The notes below the pieces were generated by a model. It had not been told where the DNA came from, ran no database searches, and was given only the letters and a program-made list of their open reading frames with translations. A program made the translations under genes and the position numbers. Source: Intoshia linei (lineage: Eukaryota; Animalia; Orthonectida). Taken from it: a stretch of 64,000 nt of DNA. The DNA is taken from the NCBI GenBank assembly GCA_001642005.1, contig LWCA01000063.1, forward strand, positions 64 to 64,063, given 5' to 3'. Every line of letters begins with the position of its first letter. Positions within the stretch are counted from its first letter, which is position 1. Positions 26,101 to 39,408 of this stretch are shown in pieces.

Positions 26101-29100
26101 TTTTTTTCATTCTCAAATTCTCATTTTCAAAACATTTTGTTAAAAATTTCAATTAAAACTACAACTTGCTTTTTATAGCAAGTTGGATTAAGAGTGGTTT
26201 CTCGCGAGGTTTGGCAAAATCCAAGTTTTCAAAAAAATATGGGAAAAGAGATTTTACCTTAAGTTAAGGTTTAAGGGTTGGTAAATTAGATTTTTTATTG
26301 TATTAAAAGATTCTTTCTAAAATCATAACAAGGGGTTATTAGGCGAAGGGCTTATAATGGTATTTTTTAATAAAAATTACAATAGTGAGATTTTTGAAAT
26401 AATAATTTAGCAATCGTCTAGGGTTTTGGATAAACCCCAATACTTGGAAACTACAATAATTTATTTTACAAAAATAAACTAATTTTTTAAATTGAGTAAA
26501 TGGAAAATTAAGAGTCTAAATGAAAAAAATGTGGTGTATTTGACGAAATGAAAGACAACCATTTTCTAAAAATTTTTAAATTAAATGTAATCGTAACATA
26601 TACTTTGGAAAAGTGCAAATAGCTGATAACATTACACATTAGTATTACTGACATAATATTAACATAATATCAAAGGAGCCATTCAACTACATCATAATTT
26701 TATAATGATCAAATTATTTCCCATTACAATGGGACAATATAGTTTGAATTATACATTCACTGAAAGGTTGAATCATAAAACATACCATATGTAGCTAAAA
26801 TTAACAAAAGTAAAATTGGAGACGAAAATAAACAGTGTGAATAAATTAAAAATGTTTGAATAAATATTAAAAATAAACAATGTACACCTCATTGAATTTT
26901 GAATAGTAAAATGGAATTAGACACTAAAAAAAAATTGATACTTGACATGTGTAAGTGTTGATATTTAAATAAAAATTACTTTTTTATAATTATGCCTAGA
27001 ATTCGAGATTTCTAATTTATAAGCTTCAACATCATCCAACAAATCATTTTTGATTTCTTTAATCTTATCATTATCTCTAATCAAGTGGATAATGACATTT
27101 TTAATTTTTCGAATAAAAGTCATGCCGGCATTGATATATTTATCCAAATTATTTTGAGTGATTGTATCATCTTTAAGTTCACAAAGTAAATCTAATTTGG
27201 TTGGTGGGTTGATGTCTTTATCGTCAATAGATTCAACAGTGGTAAGATTGTAAAAAGATTGTATATGAGGATTTAATTCATAGTTTTCCAAGAGAAGGTT
27301 TTTAACAATTTCAAAATAATTTTCATTAAGTTTTTCAAAGGTGTTTAATCTAGATATAAAAATCATGTTGTCATTTTTAATTTTTTTTTCAAGCGAATCT
27401 CGTTGTGCGACAATATCTTCAGATTTATCACACATGTCGCTAAGTTCTTTGGCTTTTACATGGTATTGTTCTACAAGTTCATCCAACATTCTTGATTTAT
27501 ATTCATATTCGTTGTTTATTTTTTCATACGTACCAAGCATTTCACTATTTGTGGACATTTCTTGATCGTATTTGTATTTTATTTCTACAATCTCTGAGCG
27601 GAGTTTATCCATATCGGATTCGAGATTGAAATTTTCTTTTTTCAGTAAGGAATTTTGGGCGTATAATCTTTCCAATTCGGACCTATCGACGGGGGACATG
27701 TCCAAACCTGAATCTCCAGTTTCGTTGAGGTATGTTGAGGTTGTAATGGATTCTGTTATGACACTGTTCTGGTCGCCGTCGTTGTCGCTACTGGGCACAT
27801 TGTCGCAAAATAAAACTGATTTTATTTCACTGCCATTTTGCGTCATTTCAGGAATAGTCTTTTTTTCCAAAACGGACACCATTGAATTGTAGCCCTTGGA
27901 TCGAACTAGACTATGGTCCGATTTAGAACCGATGATTGATTTTGTCTTTTTACGTCGCTTAACGGACTTATTCGAAGAAACTACACCCAGTCTATCTTGA
28001 GTGACAAATCTTGACAAGTCAATTTGATCTTCAGCAGCAACTTCTTGTCCGTTTCTCCATTTAACTACTTCTGATTTGACAGTCAATACTTTGTTGTAAT
28101 TCATAATGATAATGTTGTATTTTCGTTTTAACTCATCAAGGGTCAGTTCTTTGTTAACTGAAACAACGCTCTTGATGTGACTAGCATTGTTTCCAAATCT
28201 AAGAGTATTTATAGTTTCTGGACGGTTGTAACTAGATGGTGAACAACAAACTATAATGGTGGTACGAGAGTTACCACCTAAACTGACACGACAAACCATT
28301 GTCAAACGGCTGCTTCGAAAATGTATAATTTCCTCAGGAGTTTTTCCTTTAGCCAATTCGGAAATTACGATTCCTAAGGTTGTAAGGGATTTATTGATAT
28401 TGCTAGCTTCATTAAGCCTTTCTCCACTAGCACCAGTTTTATTCACGGATTCGGACCCAGCCAAATCTACCAATTGTACCTTGGATTTGTATATACTGCC
28501 GTCAAAAACTGTGTTATCGATAGAATTAATTTCCTTTTTAGACATGAGAATTTCTAAAATGCTGTGACTTCTTGAGCTGTGAGCGTTCATTTGAGTTGAA
28601 GCTACTCTGCGTTTATTTTGTCCAGCTTCATACCAATGGAAAAATTGATCCATATTGGCAATTGGCGCATGCTGTAGCTTTTTTATGACAGGTTGACCAC
28701 CAGAAAACATTACATCCAATTTTTCCTTTTTGTCGGAAATTGACAACAAATCATAGGCTTCATTGTTATAAATTTCGTAAAATGAAACATGAATAGTAAA
28801 TTCGTATTTATCAGGTTGTTCAGCAATCTTATCAAACAAGTCTCTAATTAAACGAGGGATGATTCCTTCCATGTTGATATCCCCCAAAACTCCTTGCATG
28901 GTGTGTGTTTTTCCACTAGAAGTTTGACCATATGCAAAAATGGCAGAATTGATACCATTGATCAAGTCAATGTTGATATTATTAGCGATACTATCAAACA
29001 TGATATCTTGTGTAGTTTCTCCCGGGAAAATTCTATCAAATACAAATCTTTTATTTTCAATGGAAATGGTTGATGGAGATTCATAGTTGAAAACATTTTC

Positions 29101-29190
29101 AGTCTGCATTTCATTTTCTTTATCATTAAAAGGACGTACTCGACAAAACACTCGGATGTTTTCATTAGATTTCGGCTCTGATGAATCCAT
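23141..29190 (-). CDS. Divergent kinesin-1 heavy chain (KHC/KIF5-like)
   Basis: RVFCRVRP, P-loop GQTSSGKT, switch I NAHSSRSH, switch II DLAGSE. Neck VSVNKELT and KWRNGQEV are typical of KHC. Small 3' exons (~24716-24614, ~23907-23779, ~23741-23580, ~23541-23470, ~23434-23307, ~23269-23141) align with the KHC distal stalk. Confidence 0.9.
24774..25063. mobile_element. hAT MITE (inverted sister copy at 51591-51920)
   Basis: CAGGGGTGTCA terminus; TSD ATCTGAAA/ATCTCAAA; whole body matches 51591-51920 in reverse complement. Confidence 0.8.
25284..26186 (+). mobile_element. Related Helitron-like family B copy in a kinesin intron
   Basis: Starts A|TCCTTTACTT..GTCTGTGTGTG. Body is homologous to family A in reverse complement. 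Hairpin CAACTTGCT/AGCAAGTTG at ~26162-26185. Relatives at ~15400-15590, ~18140-18230, ~43080-43569 and ~49200-49380. Confidence 0.65.
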
Positions 29191-30887
29191 TTTGTTTCTT
29201 TATCTGATTATTTCGATTGTGATTAAATTTTTCAAATATATTGAAATTTGTTCAATTTTTACTAGACAGCGTAAATGCCAAATTAGTAAACCTAATTCCT
29301 TTAGTAGTCTCCAAAGTAAACAATTAAAAGTAATACATCTTTATTGTTGTTTACAATTTTATGGATTTACAAGTCATGTATTTGTTTTGGTTATTACTAT
29401 CTCCTTGAATCTTGAATTTCCAATAAATTGACTACAATAATGTTTGATATCAAATTTGCATGTAAACAGAAGTTTATGTAAGTAATATAAGCAATTTTAG
29501 TCGAATCAGTTATTATTTGTCTAATTACATAGACCTAATTGAATAACCTTATATTAGCATATCGATGTAAATGTTAACCATTTAAATAGGTCATTAGACA
29601 CATTTTTAGTATTGTAAATGATAAACCATGCAATGTTAACTAGAATTAGATCAAATATGAATTATTAGTTGATTCAGCATAACTAATAATTTATCCTAAT
29701 CTTAAATTAATTTAAGTTAACTTAAATAAGAATTTAAATTTAATTAAAATTGAATTACACATTTTAATTTAAACTACTGTAGATTACGTTTCTTACTTAA
29801 AAATAATTTCTTAAAAATTGTAGTTTATCTTTAAAAAATTATTTTTATTTTTTAGTATTAATTCAACTTCAACTTAATCAAACAAAAATGTATACATTTT
29901 TATATGCTTGTAAATAGTAACGAATCGTTATTAACGATTAGAATCTACTACAAGTGTAAGTAAATAAACTTTAATAACAATATTAAATTTGCGTGTGTAA
30001 TTGTAATTCATGATTTAACGTTTCATTTTTTCAGTTTACTTGGGGCTGTTTTCAAATGACTAATGTTTACATTTTATCCAATTCTACATACTTTGTCAAG
30101 TCTCTTTTATATGTAACAATTATATAATTTTTATAAAAATTTTAGTCGTGTGTATTCAGAGTTCACTTGATATGTTCCACAAAATATGTGGGTTGAATTA
30201 GGATCTACCGTTGCCATTTTATTTTCTTGGGTAAAATCCTTCTAAGACTCAATTCTAACATTTGCCACGATTTAAATGATGACACTTTGTACTATTTTCG
30301 AACTTGCAGACTATACGGTTTTGAACCCACCGTGTTTGTAAGTCATGAAATTACTGTATTATGTCTGATATTATTTTTTAAATAAAATATGAAATTTGAT
30401 AAATTGAATTTGAAACTCGATAAACAAGTTATTTTAAATTAAAACTTGAATCAAATAATTCAAAAAAACAAATTTTATGATAAAAATGCCCGGCTTTTTG
30501 TTTGTGTGTATGAGTGTGTTCCACTTTATTGAAATAACTACCAGACTTAGAATTTTATAAAGTCATTATTTCAAATACAGTTTTTTCCGGGACGTATAAT
30601 AATAAGATAAATTTCAACCTCCCAAACTATCATCTTACTGGTCAAAAACCCCAATTGTCCCTCTTTTTAAAAATGAAACGAGTTTGAGAATGCATAGATA
30701 AACATAAATAAAATTACTTGTAATCAAATCATCAAATATAATATGAACTAAGCGAATTTAAACAGCATTCGACTTAAGGCTTGCCATATATCTATTCATC
30801 CACATGGTTTTGGGTTTCATGTATTGAATGACTAATAAATAGACAGTTAAAAAAACTTTAATATAATGAAATTAAAAATTTAGTTTT

Positions 30888-31319
30888 CTAATCAACAATT
30901 TTTTCAGTTTTCATTAAAATTTGTGTATTGTTCGATTCTCCACTATTATTCTCAGTTACTTTTGTTGCATTTATAGTTCTACTACAAGTAGAACTACGTA
31001 ACTTCATTGAAAACTTCATAGAATCTTTCTTTTTTGAAAGACTTTTACCATGTCTTTTCATAGATATATTATCGGTTTTAACTATACATTCACTATTATT
31101 TTCCGTTTTATTTTGTTTAGAAATCCGTGTAATTCTATTATTTTTTTAAATGATCATTTTTTAAAGATAAGTTTTGGTTTTGTGGTTTTTTATTCTTTGA
31201 ACAATCATCCTATGAATGTTAAAACTCTTGGCAATATCTTTATATTGCTTTCCCTTGTTGATCATGTCTATAATTTTTTTTTTTTCTAAAATTGAAATTG
31301 AATGACTTTTTCTTTTCAT
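30888..31319 (-). pseudogene. CENP-B-N/psq-type helix-turn-helix (pogo/Tigger-like DNA-binding domain) relic
   Basis: MKRKSHSISILEKKKIIDMINKGKQYKDIAKSFNIHRMIVQRIKN fits the psq/CENP-B HTH pattern. Two in-frame TAA (31163, 31148) follow, then about 85 open codons in the same frame. Confidence 0.55.
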
Positions 31320-31978
31320 TTTATACTTGGTTTTATGAAAATGAAAATTTATTGAATTGCATATTAATAAAGCGCTAATTATGATCAGTGATTTAGACAT
31401 ATCGTCAATTGCCATAACAGTAAAGACATCAGTGGCAAATGTATATATAGAATTGTTTTCATCGCGCGGTATTATTTGTCACATTAGATTATTTACTTAA
31501 CTGATTGAAAGTATTTTAGTTCATTGGTTGTTTATTGTTTATACAACTATTGTGGATTCATCTACATTAGCGCATATTTCACTTGATATTTTCACTGACA
31601 TTTGAAAGTTTAGTCATTAAATTAATCACGTTTATCCATTGTGTAGTATCCAATCACAAGATCATAAAATTTTTGTCATTTTATAAAATACAATATAACG
31701 TTATAACGGCTGAAAATGAAACTCCATAACATATCCATGCAAATTGGAAAATTACAATAATAAAATGTAATTTTCAGTATTGTTTTAAATCAATTTTATT
31801 CAATAGTAGTGTAAACATTTTAAAAGTATTTCTCTGGTCCCACTTATTCGAACAGAACAGAATTGAGGAACCAAAAATGGTTTCAATGTATAATATAAGG
31901 GTTACCCTTTTCGTTTAACGCGGACTGCTCTATCCCGTTGATTATAATTATCAACAGCCTAAACTCTAAGCCTTAGAG

Positions 31979-32499
31979 CAGTGGTTCTCAACCCATGTTC
32001 CACAAAATTTAATTGGGGTTCCCATGAAATATAAATGCAATATTTTTCAATTTAAAGTTTTTCTAAATTACTGTTGTATGCAATGAAACATCATTTCTCA
32101 AATTTAAATCAAATAAGTTTTAATAAAATTATTATACGGTGTGAGTATGGGAAGCTGAAAAATGATTTTAAAAAGTAATAATAATTTAGATTATCTTTAT
32201 GAGAAATATTGTAAAGAAAATGGGTTTTTACTGGCCCAACTCTCTTGAAATAATTTAAATAAGTTACTTACCTCTTTATAATGATATTTAACTAAAAATT
32301 TATCTCTCACGGGCCTGCATGCTTATTCGTTGTGTGAGGTAGGAAACTGGTTAAACTGGTGTTATTAATTTTTTAATTAAAAATCAAATTTTTTGATATA
32401 TGCGACATGCGAAAAAAATTTTTGATCATGCTTTTAGGTGTGGCGATTTTTTGAAATTTCATAAGAGTTCCACGCAGTAAAAAAGGTTAAGAAACACGG
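31979..32499. mobile_element. hAT MITE
   Basis: TIRs CAGTGGTTCTCAACC / GGTTAAGAAACACGG; TSD CCTTAGAG/CCTTAAAG. Confidence 0.8.
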
Positions 32500-34363
32500 C
32501 CTTAAAGTCTATTTTGTGAAAATTTGTAAAAAAATAATAGAATAGAAATTTGTGCGGCTTGCATATCAATAAGTTTGCCCACCCCTGGATTAGACTTATC
32601 ACTAACAAATTTAAAATTAGAAACTATATGAGTAATCCTTATTTATGTATAAAGTAAAGGTTCATAGAAATGTTTATAAATTATGGTATAACCATTTTTT
32701 GAGGTACTGAACGGTTCCAGAAATTTCAAAAATAAAAATACGAAATTTTTTTTTCCGTGCAGAAATTGAGACATATTTAAAATTCAAAAATTGATATATT
32801 CAATCCCAAAACCACAATTGACTCATTATTTTGAATAATTATTACATTGTCCATCAAAATATCTAAGCGAGTCATATATCATCCCTTTCCACTCCTTTTA
32901 TTTATTAAAATATCCTTCGTTTTTAAAAATTTTTTATATTGCTGGTAGACAGCTGTCACCAGTTGATACTACTGTTGGTACCAGCATTCAGTCAGCCTTG
33001 TTAATAGGTAATGTAGGAAAATTTCTTAAGTATACAAAAATTTCGATAACAAATGCGATTTCCAACGGTTTTTTTTATTTTTAAAGAATAAACGATGGAT
33101 TAAGCAGTGTATAGGGAATTTACCGCACTAGGAACCGCACTTCTTATAAATTTAATTTATTCCACGCATATATATTTTTATAAACCATGCAATTTTATAG
33201 CTCAATTATTTTTAAAATAAAAAGTTTAGTTTTTTGTTGTAATATCATTCACTCGTTCACAATTGTTTTATAATCATTTTTATAATGAGAACTTCAGAAT
33301 TAAAAATATGGATTGAATTAAATGGATTTATTATGATTTCTCTAGTTCTCTATGATTTAACCAGTAAAAGGCATAGAGAAAATCTATCCAATTCTATTTT
33401 CTCTGGTAGTACAATTAATACTGGTTCAAATGCAAATGAAATAAAATTAGCTATATTTACCGCTTTCAATGTGTCGCTTAGGTCAGTCGATCATTTGAAA
33501 AGCTTATTTAATTCCATATCTCTTACAAGCTGTATCCGAATGCGTCGAACAAAATGCTGAAACAAAATTTTGTAAAATTAATATCACTAAAAAAACTCAC
33601 AAATAAATTAAATTAAATATCAATAAATTTTAAAATATTCTGTGTTCGTCTATTTTATGTTTGCATTTCAACAGTTGAAATGAACCGAATACTTGTTATT
33701 TTTATCAAATAATTTCGGATATTTTAATTGTTTAGATATTAAGGAAACTATTCATTAAAACCCGCTTATTTTAGTCAATATTGACTCATAGGCTTTTCCG
33801 AGCATGTATTTTTCTGTATATCTATCTTTCGGGAAAGTTAAATAAAATTGTATATTTTTAAATTTTTTAGCCCAAATGAAATAAATAATTAATTTTAAAT
33901 TTAAAAAATACCTTTAAAATTAACAATTTTATATTTACAATGTAAATAATGATTATTACTAGTCAATCAATTTATTATTTTTATTAAAGAATTATTAAAT
34001 TGATTGCAGCCACCAAAAATTTTGATTTAAATCTTTAAAATGGTATTTAATAGAACGCATTGAATTAGACTTCAAATAAAGACGATTCTAAAAAAAGAGG
34101 ATACCATTTTACAAAAAATTATGCCAAACCCTCCTCTCGAACAGGGTCTCGGGTTTGGTATGTTCAGTACTCTGTTTACCGCCACAATATATGTTTATTA
34201 ATGACTTTTACAATGAAAATTGTTCATGTGCAGATAGGCCGTGGAGATCCAGCAGTAGGTCCGGACCAAATGGAAAGTGTAGGCCATAAAAGTGTATCAA
34301 ATGTTTTTGAAAAAATATAACCTCTATGCATTGCTATGACATACAATATTGATAAAATTTTTA

Positions 34364-35809
34364 TTAAAATTGAGTTACATTAAAATATACGGGTGCTACC
34401 GAAATTCCTGCATCATGAACCATTGAAACTTTGCCATACCCAGCATTTCCCCATTTTTGAGACCAAGAATTTTTAATAATCCAATAGTTTTTATTTGTAT
34501 TTTCATTGATTCCATATCCAATTAATATGACAATATGCACAAGACTTTTTAAATCAGTCAAACAGTTTTTTCCTTCAAAAATACCTCCCTGATAAGTCAA
34601 AAATCCTGGACAATCCGAGTTAATGCTGACAGAAATTGGTCCATAGATGAGAAGGGCTTGTTTAATAGCCTCAATATCTGAGTCAACCGGTCCGCAACTA
34701 GACATTTTAATGACTGGATTCATCAATGGATCATTAACTTTATACCCACATTTATCAGTAACTGAAATGTAACTTCCATATTCATGTTGGCTCACTAAAC
34801 CAAATTCTGTGATATACATGCATACATTCAATTCCTGACCACCGTGGCACCCATTATTTCCATATTTCCAGGTACAATCCAAAAGTTGTTGTTTAGAAAG
34901 TCGAATATGTTTTCCATAATTAAGCATGTAGCTAAATTCAGCAACGCCAACAGAAGAAAACGACCAACATGACCCACAAAAAGCTTGATCGTCTACAGGA
35001 GTGATAATCCCATGTTCTCGCCAGTCAAATGAAACTAATCGTTTGAAATCATCAATAACATTTTGATGATATCTACCATTCAGATATTTGTTTACATTAA
35101 TATTTTGTATATATTTGTAAGTTTGCAAATTTTTCGTTTTCCAACTACTTACAGTCTCAGGTTTATGGGGAACACAGTCTTGTTCAAGTTTATCAAATAT
35201 ATTTGAATTTATACTAGTTTCAATTAGTGTTTGATATTCAATAATGTATTGATCAAAGTGACGTCTGAAAATTGTAGTTATACCGTCAATTTCCCATAAC
35301 TGTGGGTGATAGTCATCTTTAGCAGACATAATACGAGAAACGAAAAATTTATTAAAACTAGTTCGACTGCCTTGAGTGTAATTGTACCTGAAAACGTTTA
35401 CGAAATTATATTTAGCTGTGTTTTTATATCCATTATATTTAAACTGTGCTCTTTCATAATACGGTATAAATGTCATTAATTTATCACTATTGTTGTCATA
35501 TACGAAACAATTTTTTGCGTCATTTCCGCTTTTAACGATATTATAAATTTTTTCGTTAGTATACAGATACTTGTCTTTTCCGTTGTATAAATCTATCCGA
35601 CTTTTTCCTAACTCTTTGCTGAAATAATTAACAAAAGGTACCGATAAGGATGCTGCCGGTATATAGAGTGTACCCGTGACAATAAAAGAATCGGGAACTA
35701 AATATTTTTATGAAGATTTCATTAATTAATTACATTTCAAATCCTCGTCAAAAATTATTTTAGAGCTATAACAGTGTATGAATATTATTGATAATATTAT
35801 TAATTTCAT
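34364..35809 (-). CDS. Secreted papain-family (C1A) cathepsin L-like protease of the 26/29-kDa proteinase type, about 469 aa, 2 exons
   Basis: Signal peptide MKLIILSIIFIHCIA and 36-nt intron 35733-35698. N-domain FIVTGTLYIP..SRIDLYNG resembles the 26/29-kDa proteinase. Mature domain has FDWR, DQAFCGSCWSF, GCHGG, LVHIVILIGYG and WIIKNSW (Q/C/H/N intact). Confidence 0.93.
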
Positions 35810-36524
35810 TTTCTTTTCAAAAATGGTACAAATGTTATTTTTGAATTATTTAGATCAATATTTACTATGGTATATTCCAATTATAAATATTTGAAATCTT
35901 GAAAACTGCGTTCAACATTATTTTTTATGTTTATTTTATTATGTAATATTAAATAAATGTCATATAGTGTAAATTTCTTTTCAGTGTTATTTAGAGGGAC
36001 AATTATAAATCTATTAACCTATCACTTACACATTTATATCAATTCCTTTATTAATTATTTTTATTATTAAGGATCAAAACAGAATATTGAACCATCAAAC
36101 ATTTTTTTTAAATGTATATTACAATATACTATTTGAATGCATTTTATTCAATTTTTTATTTATGTGAAATTATTAGATCGTTAATCTTTACTCATATAAA
36201 ATGCAATTTTTGTGTATCTGTCAGACAGATATATTGTATGAAAAGAATACAAGGGACCTATTTTTTAAATCGACATTTTTATAATTCACCATAAACTAAT
36301 TCGATAACTAGGGTTGCTAGTAGAGTTCGGCGCGATGCTACGTTCCCTTATATATTATATTATTATTAATAATATAGTATTTTTATGTGAGACATTTAGA
36401 ATGATCAATCCACTTGAATCGGCATTTTTACAACAACCCATTATAGATTATCTTATTTTACACGAAAATACACCGAATGCGCACTAATCAACATTGATTC
36501 TTCAATACATGATACACCCTAATG

Positions 36525-38408
36525 TAGTGGTTGTCAATCTTTTATACCTTGTGAGTTGCGATCTTTATGAACAACAAAATTTTTTGCGACCCTCCTGTTA
36601 TTACGAACAAACGAAAATTTTTTATATCTAAAATATTAACTTTACTACTTTATCTACTAACATTTGTATTGGTAAATTGGTGCATTGGTATACTATAGAA
36701 ACATGTTCCATTTTATTCAAAATATACAATTTATATTTTAAATTTCTGATTTATTACTGAATTTAATTTAATGACTATTATCTACATTTTATTTATAAAT
36801 TCTGAAGAAACTATATTTTAATGTAAAATTTACTAAGGATTGGTTTAGAAACGAATCATTTTTGCTTTACATTGCACAAAATTTTTTTCGAAGCCCCAAT
36901 TGAAAATGGATTGAAAACTATACCTAATACAAAGAACAAAAATATTTTTAGATACTAAGTGGACTATATGAAGTCTTTAGAGGTCTTAATTTATAAATTA
37001 ATTTTAATTTTAATTTATTTAACTTAATTTATTAATTAATGTATATTAATTAGTGGAGCTTTATACAGATAGTGATATCTTCAATATTTATGAAACAGGG
37101 TTAAACTTGAACTAGCTTCAACAACCATAAGTACGAAAAAATCTTAGGGTGGTAAAGTAAAAAGTTGAGATAATGAATCCTGATATTATTCTGAAGAAAT
37201 TTGAATATTTGTAGTGTGAATTATGTTTTTCGTTGAATAAAATGAATAAATTTTCATTACAAAAGTATTGCAAATGTATTTAAAATTTAAATTAAATTCG
37301 GAAAAATTATTCACTAACAATTGTTACAGTACAATTGCAAAATTATGCATTTTGTATTTTTAGTAGATACATTATCTACTAACGGTACAAATTAGCAAAT
37401 TATTCATTAACGAATTCACTACTAACGGTGCTTGACTGTACAATGTACATACTTTTAATAATTCTGAAATCTTTTGAAACTTAAAAAAATAAATTTCTAA
37501 TGATTAAAAATATAAAATTACTTTAAATTAATGAGATTTTTCCCTTTAACCCGAATACTCCCAGACAAATTTTTCCAATTTTTTGGCTTCGATTTTTACA
37601 AAAATTTGGAAAGTTAATATATACTTGCCTATTTTTCACCATATAAAATTTTACGTAATTACCAATTGTAGTTATGGAGTTATTTCATATGATTATATGG
37701 TCACATTGGGAAAATAAGGCAAATAAAAGCGTGTATATATAAAACCGCATCGTCAATATACTTAATTATTTCATCAAATTGTAGCCAATACATGAATTCA
37801 TCATATGGTATTCATTAAATTCAGTTATCACAACTTTAACATATAAAAATATAAAAAAAATTTTCAGTGAATTTTTTTTGCTTTGAAAAATCATTTTGGT
37901 CCACTGTTAGTGACACAGGAGGCTAATCGGTGAAAACTCATAACTAATATACTCGAATGTTATATAATATACTAATTAATTTAATTTTTCATATTTAATT
38001 AACTTTGTTTCAATTTGATACGTGTTTTTATAATTGTAATGTTGTGTGACCATATCGTCACACTGGGAGTATTCGTGTTAACAGCATGACATTTTTCTTT
38101 TATTGTTATTTGAAACCCAGATTTTGACCCCAGCATAGTTGGTGCACCATCAGTAAAAACACCGCATATATGCATGTATAGTTCCAATTTAAATTTCTAT
38201 CAATAAAAAAGTCATCAATTTTGTAAATATCCATTGTTTTGTATTCGTAAAGAGTTTACTACATAATAAGAATTCTCCTCAATTTCATTCAAATGAATTA
38301 TACCTCACAAAAAATAAAATTAAACAATCAAATAATGTATAAAAATTTGCTACCCCAGGGAAATTTTGCTACCCCTAACGGTCACGACCCCCTGGTTAAG
38401 AAACTATA
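36525..38408 (-). mobile_element. Decayed Buster/Charlie-type hAT transposon with transposase relic
   Basis: Perfect 8-bp TSD CCCTAATG (36517-36524, 38409-38416) and imperfect TIRs. Frameshifted relic at ~38082-38290 includes CGVFTDGAPTMLGSKSGF (Buster/SCAND3/ZBED8-type TDGAP motif). Confidence 0.85.
37550..38077. mobile_element. piggyBac-type MITE nested in the hAT relic
   Basis: TTAA on both flanks; TIRs CCCGAATACTCCCAG / CTGGGAGTATTCGTG. Confidence 0.85.
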
Positions 38409-39408
38409 CCCTAATGCATATATGCTGAGTTTTAAGAGTACACATAAACTTAGCGAACATTTCATTACATTTGATTTATTTTTTAAAAATAGTCAGACCT
38501 CTCAATACCGCCACTATATTTATTATTTTACTATATGGCCGATTATTAATGCATAGCAGCCATATCCATGATCTATTCCCTATAACATTAAACTCTCAAT
38601 GCCGCCATTTTCGTATTTTGATATTTATGGCTGTATTGAGATGTCTTAATGTACTATTTTTTGTGTATGATTAATGTCAGACCCGAATATACCATACTCT
38701 GAGGCCTTTCTTCGAGATCCTCGACAAAATTTTTGTAAAATTGCCTCATTTTTCGAATTTGTGAAGTTCAAAAAATTATATTTTAAATATCATAACTAGA
38801 GAACACTAAAAAGAGCACTTTTGAAATGAAACGAGTAGAAAAATGATAAAATGTATCGTGATAATATTAATGATAAAATATATAGCGAAGTGCATTATGC
38901 TTTATGACATAATCGTGCTAAAACTGTGTTTTAGATATTAAAATTCTAAGACAGGTAGTTATTGAAATAAACGGTAACACACACCAACACACACAAACAA
39001 ATATTGCGTAGCATATTATATAAGTAAAGATTTTGTAAAATGTTAATATTGTCGTATTAATATTAAGGCAATGTATGTTAAAAATGTTTTGTATTTTGGA
39101 AACAAAACTAATGGATATCCTTCAACACAACACTTAAAAACCAATAAATGATGTGAAAAAAGTATACACATTTCTTGAAATTGTTACACTTTAATTATAC
39201 TTACATATTAATAATAATACTAAATACTTATTTAAATTTAATGTTTGGGTTATTAACGCGTCATATTTTCAATTTTCAGTAGATACTACCCCAAAAATGC
39301 TATTGAAGAATGCGATTGGCCAAAATATTAATAAAAAACACAAAAAACATAAAACAATACAATTTAATAATTCCATGATTATGTTTATTTATTATTAGCA
39401 TACATAAT

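Noticed and set aside
27341-29431. Several ORFs overlapping the kinesin exon (also shadows on CCDC170, SLC23 and XPG exons)
   Set aside because: Antisense or alternate-frame shadows of real coding exons.
31185-31191. A AAA AAC slippery heptamer after the HTH, reminiscent of IS1 InsA/InsAB frameshifting
   Set aside because: The -1 frame closes about 15 codons later (31140) and no transposase domain follows; A-runs are common here.
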